This document shows, piece by piece, positions 47,273 through 56,724 of a DNA stretch of 64,000 nucleotides. Source of the DNA: Deltaproteobacteria bacterium (GTDB lineage: Bacteria; Desulfobacterota; Binatia; UBA12015); contig JAYGCM010000069.1 in assembly GCA_046583355.1 (NCBI GenBank), forward strand, positions 1 through 64,000. Direction: 5' to 3'. Position numbers and translations under genes: made by a program. The stretch's first letter is position 1; each line of letters opens with the position of its first letter. The notes under the pieces are model-generated. The model was not told the DNA's origin. It saw only the letters and a program-made list of their open reading frames with translations, and searched no databases.

Positions 47273-48616
47273 ATGGCCGATTCGAAGAAGAAAACTAAAG
47301 GCAGTCCGTCTGAAGACAAGATGGAGCGCATCGTCAATCTCTGCAAAAGACGGGGGCTCGTCTTTCCCTCGAGTGATATCTACGGCGGGCTGGCGAGTTG
47401 CTGGGATTACGGCCCGATCGGTGTGGAGCTCAAACGCAACGTCAAAGAGGCCTGGTGGCGCGAGATGGTATGGGCGCGCGGCGATATCGTCGGCATGGAT
47501 TGTTCCATCCTGATGCACCCGCGGGTCTGGGAGGCCTCCGGCCATATCGATGGCTTCAGCGACCCTCTGGTCGATTGCAAGAAGTGCAAGAAGCGCTATC
47601 GCACGGATCACCTCGAATCGACCACGACCTGCCCGGATGCGAAATGCGGCGGCGAACTCACCGAGTCTCGCAACTTCAACCTGATGTTCAAGACCTTCAT
47701 GGGCCCGGTCGAGGAGTCGGCCAACGCCGTCTTCATGCGCCCCGAGACGGCGCAGGGCATGTTCGTCAATTTCTCGAATGTGCTCGATACACAGCGCGTG
47801 AAGCTGCCTTTCGGTATCGCTCAGATCGGCAAATCTTTCCGCAACGAGATCACGCCGGGCAATTTCCTTTTCCGTACGCGCGAATTCGAGCAGATGGAGA
47901 TGGAGTTCTTCGTCCAGCCTGAGGACGAAGCAAAATGGTACGAATACTGGAAGAACGAGCGCTACGATTGGTATCTCCGCCTCGGAGTCAAGAAGGAAAA
48001 TCTGCGGCTGCGTGAGCATGCGAGTGATGAGCTCGCGCATTATGCGCGCGGCTGCGCGGACGTCGAATACCTCTTTCCTTTCGGTTGGTCCGAGCTCGAA
48101 GGCATCGCCAGCCGCACGGATTTCGACCTCGGCAAGCATTCCGAGTTCAGCGGCAAGGATCTGAGTTATTTCGACGAGACGAAAAAGGAGCGCTACCGCC
48201 CCTTCGTCATCGAGCCCGCCGCCGGCGCGGACCGCGCGACCCTGGCCTTCCTGGTCGATGCCTACGACGAAGAAGAGATCGATGGCGATATGCGCATCGT
48301 GCTGCGCCTGCATCCGCGGCTCGCGCCGGTGAAGGTCGCCATCCTGCCGCTGCTGCGTAAATTGGGTCAGCCAGAGAAGGCTCGCGAGATCCACGCAAAG
48401 CTGCGCCCGAATATGGTCACGCAATACGATCAATCCGGCTCGATCGGCCGTCGCTACCGGCGCCAGGACGAAATCGGCACGCCCTTCTGTGTGACGATCG
48501 ATCATCAGACCATGGAAGATGGCACGGTTACCGTGCGCGACCGCGACGAGCTCAGCCAGGACCGCGTCCACGAAGACGATCTCCAGGGCGAATTGATGAA
48601 ACGCCTCTTTGGCTAA
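47273..48616 (+). CDS. glyQS: Glycine--tRNA ligase, homodimeric (alpha2) type
   Basis: CKRRG.VF.SSDIYGG, RPETAQG, FRNEITPGNFLFRTREFEQME, SIGRRYRRQDEIGTP. Confidence 0.97.
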   Translation: MADSKKKTKGSPSEDKMERIVNLCKRRGLVFPSSDIYGGLASCWDYGPIGVELKRNVKEAWWREMVWARGDIVGMDCSILMHPRVWEASGHIDGFSDPLVDCKKCKKRYRTDHLESTTTCPDAKCGGELTESRNFNLMFKTFMGPVEESANAVFMRPETAQGMFVNFSNVLDTQRVKLPFGIAQIGKSFRNEITPGNFLFRTREFEQMEMEFFVQPEDEAKWYEYWKNERYDWYLRLGVKKENLRLREHASDELAHYARGCADVEYLFPFGWSELEGIASRTDFDLGKHSEFSGKDLSYFDETKKERYRPFVIEPAAGADRATLAFLVDAYDEEEIDGDMRIVLRLHPRLAPVKVAILPLLRKLGQPEKAREIHAKLRPNMVTQYDQSGSIGRRYRRQDEIGTPFCVTIDHQTMEDGTVTVRDRDELSQDRVHEDDLQGELMKRLFG

Positions 48617-48621
48617 AGAAT

Positions 48622-48646
48622 CGGCCGAAAAGTAGGGCTATCTCCG
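48622..48646. repeat. Repeat family A copy after glyQS
   Basis: CGGCCGAAAAGTAGGGCT (48622-48639) is the exact reverse complement of 22637-22654. Confidence 0.7.
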
Positions 48647-48672
48647 AGCGGCGCGGGTGCCGGCCCGGCTCG

Positions 48673-49734
48673 TCAAAGAATGACGGGTTCGGGATGCAGC
48701 TGGATGCCGAAGTCGGCGGCCACCTTGGCCTGGATCTCGTCGGCCAAGGCGAGGAGTTCGCAGGTGGTGCCGCCGCCATGGTGGACCAGCGCGAGGCTGT
48801 GGCGAGATGAGATGCCGACGGCGCCGCGGCGCATTCCCTTTCGGAAGCCGGCTCTTTCGATCAGCCAGGCGGCCGGAATCTTGGCAAAGCCGTTCGGGGC
48901 CGCAAAGCGTGGCAGCGACTCCTCGTCGGAGAGGACACCGATAGCGCGCGCGCGCTGCTCCAATGCGTCGGCCTCGCTGGGGCGCAGGAGCGGGTTCAAG
49001 AAGAACGAGCCGGCGCTGCGACGATTCTCATCGCCCGGGTCCAGCAGCATCGATTTCTTCCGGCGCAGCGCAAGAACCGTCTCGCGCACACGCGCCGGCG
49101 TGAGTGGAGCTTCGCCAGCCACGGCGCGCGCCAGTTCCGGGTAGGCGATGGTTGGTGTGGCGCCGCGCGCGAGCTGAAGTTCGACCGCCACGACAATACC
49201 GGGGATTTCGCCGCGCTTGAGCGCGCTGGTGCGGTAGCCGAAGCCACATTCCTCATTGGTGAGGATACGTGTCGCGCCGCTGCGGCGATCGGTCAGATGC
49301 ACCGCCACCAGCGTGGCCGAAATTTCCTGGCCATAGGCGCCGATATTCTGCACCGGCGCGGCTCCTACTCGCCCGGGAATGCCGGAGAGACATTCGATGC
49401 CTTGCAGGCTTTCGGCTGCGGCCGCAGCGACTACGTCGTCCCAGATCTCACCTGCGTGGATCCGCCAGAGTTCGCCGGATGGGGTCGCTATGCGCTCGAT
49501 TCCGCGCAGCCCGATCTGGATCACCAGACCGCCGACCCCGGCATCGGCAACCACCAGATTCGAGCCGCCGCCCAGGATCGTCACCGCAAGGTTGCGTGTG
49601 GCGGCCCATTGCAGGCCGTAGCGCAGCGCGTCGTCGTCGGTGGCTTCGTAGAAGAACTCCGCATCCCCGCCGAGTTGGAGCGTCGTATAGGCGCTCAGGT
49701 CCACTCCCTTGCGGATTTCGGGGCCCCGACTCAT
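48673..49734 (-). CDS. murB: UDP-N-acetylenolpyruvoylglucosamine reductase
   Basis: LGGGSN, GIPG.VGAAPVQNIGAYG, SAGSFFLNP, L.PEP. Confidence 0.95.
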   Translation of the reverse strand: MSRGPEIRKGVDLSAYTTLQLGGDAEFFYEATDDDALRYGLQWAATRNLAVTILGGGSNLVVADAGVGGLVIQIGLRGIERIATPSGELWRIHAGEIWDDVVAAAAAESLQGIECLSGIPGRVGAAPVQNIGAYGQEISATLVAVHLTDRRSGATRILTNEECGFGYRTSALKRGEIPGIVVAVELQLARGATPTIAYPELARAVAGEAPLTPARVRETVLALRRKKSMLLDPGDENRRSAGSFFLNPLLRPSEADALEQRARAIGVLSDEESLPRFAAPNGFAKIPAAWLIERAGFRKGMRRGAVGISSRHSLALVHHGGGTTCELLALADEIQAKVAADFGIQLHPEPVIL

Positions 49735-49762
49735 CTCCGCCTCATAGCAAGGATTGGCGCGG

Positions 49763-50992
49763 CTAGAGACCCGGCCCCTGGCGGCGGCGGGCCCAGGCGA
49801 TCGCGGGCTCTTCCAGGAAGCGCCGTGAGAGCCATCCACAAAAGAGTGAGGAGGGGATTACCAGGGTGATCATCCAGGCGAAGGCGGCGTCACCGCGTCC
49901 GCTCACCCAGCCGAGCGTCTGGCCGAAGAGCAGAATCAGGGGGAAATGCCAGAGAAAGGCACCGTAGCTCACATCGCCGAGCCAGCGCGCCAGTGGATTC
50001 GCCATCGGCCATTGGCCGGCGCGCGAGGCGAGCGCGCTGAGGGTGATGAGGGCGGCGAAGGCCGCCGCTGGAACCATATCGCCGAGGTAGCGCTGGTAGA
50101 GCCCGTTCGGCGCGGCCGATTCGCGGCTGCCATATTCGATCATGGTGACCACCAGCGCGGCCAGGGCCAGCAACTGGGCCGCGCCGATGCCGCGGAGTCT
50201 TCCGGCGTTGCGTGTCCTCCAGAGCCGCACATAGAGGAAGGCCGCCATCATGCCGAAGGAGAAATGCGCGAAATAGCCTGGAAATTGGGCGGCCAGACGC
50301 GGCCCCGCACCCGACATCGCACCGCTGGCGCCGACCAATTCGGCCAGAGCCGGAAGGTTCCAGGCGGCCGCCCGAAGCAATAAGGCGCTGCCGATGCCGA
50401 GCAGGAAACCGAGCAGCGGCCGACGAAAATAGAAGGCGGCGATCAGGGGCAGGGTGGCGTAGAAGAGGACCTCGACCGAGAGCGACCAAAGAGTGCCGTT
50501 TACCCCGAAGCCCATCACGGCTCCGTTGAAGCCCAGGCCGCGGACGAACCATTTGGGCGTTTCATGCTGGAGAAAAAGGAGGTGGGAGGCGAGCACGACA
50601 AGCCCGCCGGTGCTGCGGAAGGGGGAGGCGAATCGGGTGAGCAGGGGTGTGAGGGCGGCCTGAATCAGGATGGCGAAATAATAGGCTGGGGCGATGCGCG
50701 CGATGCGGCGGCGGATGTAGGCGCGCAAATCACCGAACGAGCCGCCGCTGCGCACCACCGGCAAGAAGAGCACGAAGCCGCTTAGAACAAAGAAAAAATC
50801 GACACCGAGTCCGCCGGCGATCAGCAGCGCGCGCAACGGCCCGCGGTCGAGCGGCGCATCCGTCATCAGCCAGCAATGGAAGATCGCCACGAGCAGGGCG
50901 GCCATGCCGCGGAAGCCGTCGAGCACGGGGATATGCGCCGGTGCGGGCTCCATGCGGGCCGCGTCGGCAGGGTTCTCTTGCTCCTCGGCCAT
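49763..50992 (-). CDS. Acyltransferase family 3 (OafA-like) membrane O-acyltransferase
   Basis: LDGFRG.AAL.V..FH, GVDFFFVLSGF, WSLSVE..FY, LGDVSYG.FLWHFP. Confidence 0.92.
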   Translation of the reverse strand: MAEEQENPADAARMEPAPAHIPVLDGFRGMAALLVAIFHCWLMTDAPLDRGPLRALLIAGGLGVDFFFVLSGFVLFLPVVRSGGSFGDLRAYIRRRIARIAPAYYFAILIQAALTPLLTRFASPFRSTGGLVVLASHLLFLQHETPKWFVRGLGFNGAVMGFGVNGTLWSLSVEVLFYATLPLIAAFYFRRPLLGFLLGIGSALLLRAAAWNLPALAELVGASGAMSGAGPRLAAQFPGYFAHFSFGMMAAFLYVRLWRTRNAGRLRGIGAAQLLALAALVVTMIEYGSRESAAPNGLYQRYLGDMVPAAAFAALITLSALASRAGQWPMANPLARWLGDVSYGAFLWHFPLILLFGQTLGWVSGRGDAAFAWMITLVIPSSLFCGWLSRRFLEEPAIAWARRRQGPGL

Positions 50993-51233
50993 TGCGCATG
51001 CGCAATTCGCAGGTCGCTTATGCGAAGTCCAGAGGTCGGTTCGGACGATTGGCGGCGGATCGCGGCCGTCGCTTGCCGTCTCCGGCGGGCACCGCGGTGC
51101 GTGAAGCGCAGAAAGGCTGCTCTTTTTCCGCGGTAATCGTGGCAGCTATGGCAGGCGCTTGGTAGGCGTTTGCGCTTACGGCTGGCGCAAGAGAGCGCCG
51201 CTTAGGCCTGATTTCATAGGGGATACGACCGAA

Positions 51234-54098
51234 ATGGCACGTGGCAAGAAAATCGCAAAACGCAAAAGCACGCCCAGGAAGACTGTGGCGGCTGCAAAAA
51301 CCAAGCAGGTAAAGACGACGACGGCGAAGAAAAAGCCCGTCGCGAAGACCGCAAAACGCGTTGCGAAGAAAAAGGCAGCCAAGGCAAAGGGCGTTCAATA
51401 CGTCTATTCCTTTGGTGGTGGCCGTGCTGACGGCAACGCCACGCAGAAGAATCTGCTCGGCGGCAAAGGTGCGAACCTGGCCGAGATGGCCTCGCTTGGC
51501 CTGCCCGTACCTCCTGGTTTCTCGATCTCGACCGAGCTCTGCACCTGGTATTATGACCACGGTCGTAAATACCCGAATTCGCTCGACGAGCAGGCCCGCA
51601 AGGCGGTCCGCAGGGTCGAGAAAATCATGGGCAAGAAATTCGGCGATCCGGCCGACCCGCTTTTGGTCTCGGTTCGTTCCGGCGCCCGCGTCTCGATGCC
51701 GGGCATGATGGATACCGTCCTCAACCTCGGCCTGAATGATGTCACCGTGGCCGGTCTCGCCGCGAGTTCCGGCAACGAGCGCTTCGCGTGGGATTCCTAC
51801 CGCCGCTTTGTGCAGATGTACGGCAATGTCGTCCTCGGCATGAAGCCCGAAAGCAAGATCGAAATCGATCCCTTCGAGGCGCTCATTGAAGCCAAGAAGG
51901 AAGCGCGCGGCACCGAGGAAGATCTCGACCTCACTACGCAGGATCTTCGCGAGCTCGTCGTTGAGTTCAAGGCAATGGTCAAGAAGAGCACCGGCCGCAC
52001 CTTCCCCGACGACCCCTGGGAGCAGCTCTGGGGCGCGGTCGGCGCGGTGTTCGGTTCGTGGATGAACGACCGCGCCATCACCTACCGCCGGCTCTACAAT
52101 ATTCCGGCGAGTTGGGGCACGGCCGTCAACGTCCAGGCAATGGTCTTCGGCAACCTCGGTGACGATTGCGCCACCGGCGTCGCGTTTACCCGCGACCCGG
52201 GCAACGGTGAGAAGGCCTTCTACGGTGAATTCCTGATCAACGCGCAGGGCGAAGACGTCGTTGCGGGTACTCGTACGCCGCAAAAGGCGACGTTGGTTGC
52301 CTCACGCGTGGTCGCCAAGGCCGGCGGCATGACGGAGGCGCAGCGCCGCAAGAAGATGCCGTCTCTCGAAGAGCTGATGCCCAAGGCGTTCAAGCAACTC
52401 CTCAAGATCGCGCGTACGCTCGAGAAGCATTACCGCGATATGCAGGATATCGAGTTCACCATCGAGCGCGACCGCCTCTTCATGTTGCAGACCCGCAACG
52501 GCAAGCGCACGGCTTCCGCGGCGCTGAAAATCGCATGCGATATGGTCAAGGAGAAATTGATCGATCCCAATACCGCTGTGCTGCGAGTCGAGCCCTCAGC
52601 GCTCGATGCTTTGCTGCACCCGCAGGTCGATCCGAAGGCCCCAAAAGATCTGCTCGCCAAGGGCCTGCCCGCCTCGCCGGGCGCGGCGGCTGGCGAGATC
52701 GTCTTCAACGCCGACGACGCCGCCGATGCAGCCAAGGACGGTCGCAAGACGATCCTGGTCCGCATCGAGACCTCGCCGGAAGATATTCATGGCATGCACG
52801 CCGCGGAGGGGATCCTCACGGCGCGTGGCGGCGCGACTTCGCATGCCGCCGTCGTCGGCCGCGGCATGGGCAAGCCGTGCGTTGTGGGCTGCGCCGCTTT
52901 GCGCATCAATTATGTCGACGAGACCATGCGCGTGGGCAAGCGCACGTTGCGTGCGGGCGATTCGATCACCCTGGATGGGGCGACCGGCGAGATCTTCGTC
53001 GGACTCGTGCCTACGGTTGAGGCGGAGCTTACGGGAGACTTCGGCAAGCTGATGAAATGGGCCGACAAGGCACGCACGATGGATGTGCGCGCCAACGCCG
53101 ACACCCCGCATGATGCGCAGGTGGCGCGTGAGTTCGGTGCCGAGGGCATCGGCCTATGCCGCACCGAGCATATGTTCTTCGAAGGCGACCGCATCGACGC
53201 GGTGCGTGAGATGATCCTCGCGGACGACGAAGCGGGCCGCCGCAAGGCGCTGGCCCGTATTCTGCCGATGCAGAAAAAGGATTTCATCGGCATTTTCCGT
53301 GCGATGGCCGGCCTGCCGGTCACCGTCCGTCTCCTCGACCCGCCGCTGCATGAGTTCCTGCCGCATACCGACAAAGAGACCAACGAGTTGGCTCGCAAGA
53401 TCGGCGTTGCGCCGAAGGCATTGCGCGAGAAGCGCGATAGCCTGCATGAACTGAACCCGATGCTCGGCCACCGCGGTTGTCGCCTCGGCATCACCTTCCC
53501 GGAGATCTACGAAATCCAGGTGCGTGCCATCATGGAGGCCGCCTGCGAACTCTCGCGTGAGAAGGTCAAGGTCATTCCCGAGATCATGATCCCCTTGGTC
53601 GGGGTCGACACGGAGCTTTCGCGCCTGCGGGCGTTGGCGATTTCCGTGGCTGAGGAGGTCAAGAAGGAATATCGCGCCAAGGTCAAATACACCGTGGGTA
53701 CAATGATCGAGGTGCCACGCGCCGCGATCACGGCGGGTGCGATTGCCGAACACGCGGACTTCTTCTCTTTTGGCACGAACGACCTCACGCAAATGACGAT
53801 GGGACTCTCGCGCGACGACGCGGGCAAGTTCCTGCCCTATTATGTGGAGACGGGCGTGTTGGAGAGCGATCCCTTTGTGTCGCTGGATCAGACCGGCGTC
53901 GGCTTCCTTGTTGAGCATGCCGTGCGGGTCGCCCGCAAGGTCAAGAAGGGTTTGAAATGTGGTATTTGCGGCGAGCATGGCGGCGATCCCTCTTCGGTGA
54001 TCTTCTGCCATAAGGTCGGTCTGGATTATGTGTCCTGCTCGCCCTTCCGCGTGCCGGTTGCGCGGCTCGCAGCGGCGCATGCCGCTTTGGGTGCTTAG
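51234..54098 (+). CDS. ppdK: Pyruvate, phosphate dikinase
   Basis: [59 protein letters not shown]. Confidence 0.98.
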   Translation: MARGKKIAKRKSTPRKTVAAAKTKQVKTTTAKKKPVAKTAKRVAKKKAAKAKGVQYVYSFGGGRADGNATQKNLLGGKGANLAEMASLGLPVPPGFSISTELCTWYYDHGRKYPNSLDEQARKAVRRVEKIMGKKFGDPADPLLVSVRSGARVSMPGMMDTVLNLGLNDVTVAGLAASSGNERFAWDSYRRFVQMYGNVVLGMKPESKIEIDPFEALIEAKKEARGTEEDLDLTTQDLRELVVEFKAMVKKSTGRTFPDDPWEQLWGAVGAVFGSWMNDRAITYRRLYNIPASWGTAVNVQAMVFGNLGDDCATGVAFTRDPGNGEKAFYGEFLINAQGEDVVAGTRTPQKATLVASRVVAKAGGMTEAQRRKKMPSLEELMPKAFKQLLKIARTLEKHYRDMQDIEFTIERDRLFMLQTRNGKRTASAALKIACDMVKEKLIDPNTAVLRVEPSALDALLHPQVDPKAPKDLLAKGLPASPGAAAGEIVFNADDAADAAKDGRKTILVRIETSPEDIHGMHAAEGILTARGGATSHAAVVGRGMGKPCVVGCAALRINYVDETMRVGKRTLRAGDSITLDGATGEIFVGLVPTVEAELTGDFGKLMKWADKARTMDVRANADTPHDAQVAREFGAEGIGLCRTEHMFFEGDRIDAVREMILADDEAGRRKALARILPMQKKDFIGIFRAMAGLPVTVRLLDPPLHEFLPHTDKETNELARKIGVAPKALREKRDSLHELNPMLGHRGCRLGITFPEIYEIQVRAIMEAACELSREKVKVIPEIMIPLVGVDTELSRLRALAISVAEEVKKEYRAKVKYTVGTMIEVPRAAITAGAIAEHADFFSFGTNDLTQMTMGLSRDDAGKFLPYYVETGVLESDPFVSLDQTGVGFLVEHAVRVARKVKKGLKCGICGEHGGDPSSVIFCHKVGLDYVSCSPFRVPVARLAAAHAALGA

Positions 54099-54103
54099 CG
54101 CTA

Positions 54104-54132
54104 TTGACAAGCGTTCGGAATGGGCGCATTGT
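54104..54132 (+). promoter_or_regulatory. Candidate sigma70 promoter
   Basis: TTGACA (54104-54109), N17, CATTGT (54127-54132). Confidence 0.6.
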
Positions 54133-54201
54133 GGGGGCGAACCAAAAGAGCGGGGACGGTGAGGTCCCCCTAAACCCTCAACCGGAGGTAGAGCACATTT
54201 G

Positions 54202-54237
54202 ATGAGCAATACTCTGGACGATCCACCGGGCTATTAA
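54202..54237 (+). CDS. Putative 11-aa small ORF / leader peptide MSNTLDDPPGY
   Basis: GGAGGT RBS at 54184-54189; in-frame TTG (54199) and ATG (54202); TAA at 54235-54237. Confidence 0.35.
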   Translation: MSNTLDDPPGY

Positions 54238-54358
54238 CGGTGCTTCGAGCCTGGTCGTAAAACACCCGTTGGAAGTGCCAAGCCAGGGCCGCGTAAGGCG
54301 GTCCAACAAAAAATATTTCCCGATTACACTTCGGGACGGCGTGACGATGGTCACGCCT

Positions 54359-54397
54359 GAGAGCCTGCCGGCTTTGATCGGCAGGCTCTCTTTTTTT
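54359..54397 (+). terminator. Rho-independent terminator
   Basis: 12-bp perfect stem GAGAGCCTGCCG/CGGCAGGCTCTC followed by T7. Confidence 0.9.
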
Positions 54398-54537
54398 CAG
54401 CCGGCCGACCCCTTCCGTTCGGCTGCGTGCGAGAGCGGGCGGTTGGAGTTTCGCTTCTTGTGTTCGCTCGTCGCATGCGCGAAAGGAGAAGAGTGATCAT
54501 CAGGGAACCATTCGGGGTGCGTGGGTGTCGCGGCGCG

Positions 54538-56655
54538 ATGCCTGCGCTGATGGTAGTTTTCGCCAGCCTGCTGCTCGCCGCCTGCGGCGGCGGCGGTGCG
54601 GAGGGTCCCGAGGTCGCGCTACCGGGGCCGCCTGCAGGGCCCGACGGGACCGTCCTTTCGCAACCACGCGATTGCGGCCAATTGCTCGATGCCCTGGTCG
54701 CCGATGGCACGGCAAAAATCGCGGTTCAGGCGGAAAACCTGCGCACGGACCAGGCCAATCGCGGCGTCACCTTCGGCGGTGGGCCGCTGCCGGCTACGCC
54801 CGAATTGGGCAGTGACGGGGCTGACGGCGGGTTGAGTGAAACCAATGTCCAGACAGCCGGCGTAGATGAGGCCGATACCGTCGAGACCGAAGACGGCTGG
54901 ATTCATATCCTGCATGGCAACGAATTTGTCTCGTTTGCGGTGGAAGCCCCAGCTTGGCTGGCGCAGGTCAGCCGTGTCGCGATTCAAGGAGATCCGATTT
55001 CCATGTTCGTCGTGGCTGGCCGCGCGGTGATCTTCTCCGCGATCCGGGATCAGGACGAGGAGTTCGGAGCGTCGCGTGATCTCTGCGGCGGCCTCGGCCG
55101 GCCCTTCCCGGAGCCTCTATTGGTCGATGCCGAGTTCGGCATGGTGGCCTGTGTCCCGAGTTATACGAAAGTGACGGTGCTCGACCTTACGGCAAACTCG
55201 CCCACTGTGGTGCGCGAGTTTGCGCTGCAGGGGTCGTTTGCTGCGGCGCGGCGCCACGGCTCGCTGGTGCGGCTCGCGGTTTCGGGTGGTCTGGGGATTC
55301 CGGCGACGCTGCCGGATTTCTGGCAGAGCTTTTGGAGCGGCCCGCAGCCAGAACAAGGGGAGGCCGCCTTTGCTGCTCTGGTGGACGCCTGGGAGGCGGA
55401 GGCCATCTCTGCCATCGAGAGATCGACCCTCGACGATTGGCTGCCGGCAGGCTTCGAGCGTATTGGTGGCCGTGCCAGTGAGTGGTCGCGCTTGCCGCCG
55501 GCCTGCGACCAGGTCTCGGTTCCCGAGGCCGGGCTTGCCGACCACGGCATGACACGCCTCTTCTCGTTTGATCTCAGCGAAGATACCGGCGCGGTCGCCG
55601 ATATGCGGATCCTCGGCTACGCGGCGCGGCTCTACGCGGGTACGGAGTACCTGCTGCTGGCACAGGAAGAATGGGGCTGGCGCTCGCGCGAACCCGCGCA
55701 CGATCGCACGCTCCTGCATCTTTTCCGCATCGCCGAAGGCGCACCCGCATTGGCGTATGTGGCGTCGTCTTTCGTCTCCGGCGTACCGCATGACCAATTC
55801 TCATTTGATATCGCAGACGATGTGCTGCGCGTCTCGACGACTACCCGGACGATGGACGCATCGCCGGGCCTCCCCGGCGATGCGTCCATCACCAACGCCG
55901 TATCTACTTTGCGGATCGGCGCGGATTCGCTGGCGCCTTTGGGCACGACGGGGCCGCTGGCTCCGGGCGAACAGATCTTCGCCACCCGTTTCCTCGGCGA
56001 TACCGGCTACCTCGTCACCTTTCGCCGGATCGACCCGCTCTTCGTGATCGACCTCTCGGATCCGGCCAATCCGACGGTGCTTGGCGAACTCGAACTGCCC
56101 GGGTTCAGCGATTATATCCACCCGCTCGGCGACGACCATCTTCTGACGGTCGGCCGCGCCGGCACGGCGGCGGGCAATCTCGAGGGTGTGGCTTTGCGCG
56201 TCTTCGATGTCTCCGACCCGACCGACCCGCGGCTGCGTGCGGAGTTCGTGCCCGAGGGCAGCAGCTGGACGGCGGCCAGCAACGACCATCATCTCTTCAC
56301 CTTCCGCGCGTCCGACGGCTTGCTCGCCTTGCCGATCGAGGGTTCGTTTCCGGATTGGTCATCCAGCTTGCATCTCTTCGCGATCAAGGAAGACGGCATC
56401 CTGGGACTCGGCCGGATTCTGCACCATTGGCAAGACGATTTCGGCTGCACGGCTACCTCGCCGACTCCGCCCGACTCCTGCCGACGTCCCCCCCCGATGA
56501 TGCGTCGCGGTCTTTTCGGCACGGATATCGTCTATTCGCTCAGCGTGGCCGCTCTGGAAGCTCACGATATCGCCAACCTCGAAACTCCCATCGCCCGAGT
56601 CTACCTGAATGACCCCTGGGCCCGCGCCGCCTCGCCCGCTGGACTCCTTGACTGA
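54538..56655 (+). CDS. Secreted beta-propeller domain lipoprotein (Beta_propel family)
   Basis: Lipobox LAAC; SETNVQTAGVDEADTV, GEQIFATRF..YLVTFRRIDPLFVIDL, LPGFSDYIHP. Confidence 0.88.
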   Translation: MPALMVVFASLLLAACGGGGAEGPEVALPGPPAGPDGTVLSQPRDCGQLLDALVADGTAKIAVQAENLRTDQANRGVTFGGGPLPATPELGSDGADGGLSETNVQTAGVDEADTVETEDGWIHILHGNEFVSFAVEAPAWLAQVSRVAIQGDPISMFVVAGRAVIFSAIRDQDEEFGASRDLCGGLGRPFPEPLLVDAEFGMVACVPSYTKVTVLDLTANSPTVVREFALQGSFAAARRHGSLVRLAVSGGLGIPATLPDFWQSFWSGPQPEQGEAAFAALVDAWEAEAISAIERSTLDDWLPAGFERIGGRASEWSRLPPACDQVSVPEAGLADHGMTRLFSFDLSEDTGAVADMRILGYAARLYAGTEYLLLAQEEWGWRSREPAHDRTLLHLFRIAEGAPALAYVASSFVSGVPHDQFSFDIADDVLRVSTTTRTMDASPGLPGDASITNAVSTLRIGADSLAPLGTTGPLAPGEQIFATRFLGDTGYLVTFRRIDPLFVIDLSDPANPTVLGELELPGFSDYIHPLGDDHLLTVGRAGTAAGNLEGVALRVFDVSDPTDPRLRAEFVPEGSSWTAASNDHHLFTFRASDGLLALPIEGSFPDWSSSLHLFAIKEDGILGLGRILHHWQDDFGCTATSPTPPDSCRRPPPMMRRGLFGTDIVYSLSVAALEAHDIANLETPIARVYLNDPWARAASPAGLLD

Positions 56656-56724
56656 TTCGGGTCCCTTTTCGGCCGCACCGTCAACGCTGACAACCGGGGA
56701 CGGAATTCGCTAGGGTGCCGGGCG

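Larger units (their letters stand above)
54138..54397 (+). ncRNA. Putative structured small RNA or leader RNA of unrecognised family
   Basis: Bounded by a promoter and an intrinsic terminator; at least five stem-loops; no convincing long ORF. Confidence 0.55.

Noticed and set aside
54133..54160. GGGGGCGAA start resembling the tmRNA 5' end
   Set aside because: There is no following TTCGAC, no T-arm or CCA acceptor end, and no Ala-Ala-ending tag frame.
54135..54206. Superficial likeness to c-di-GMP-I and SAM-I riboswitches
   Set aside because: Key conserved elements are missing (the GNRA-capped P2 and GCAAAGC for c-di-GMP-I; AUC and GCAACC/GGUGC for SAM-I), so it was left as an unknown RNA.
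47120..54209. Long antisense ORFs opposite glyQS and ppdK (and similar ones window-wide)
   Set aside because: They overlap confident housekeeping genes, and stop-poor antisense frames are expected at this GC content.
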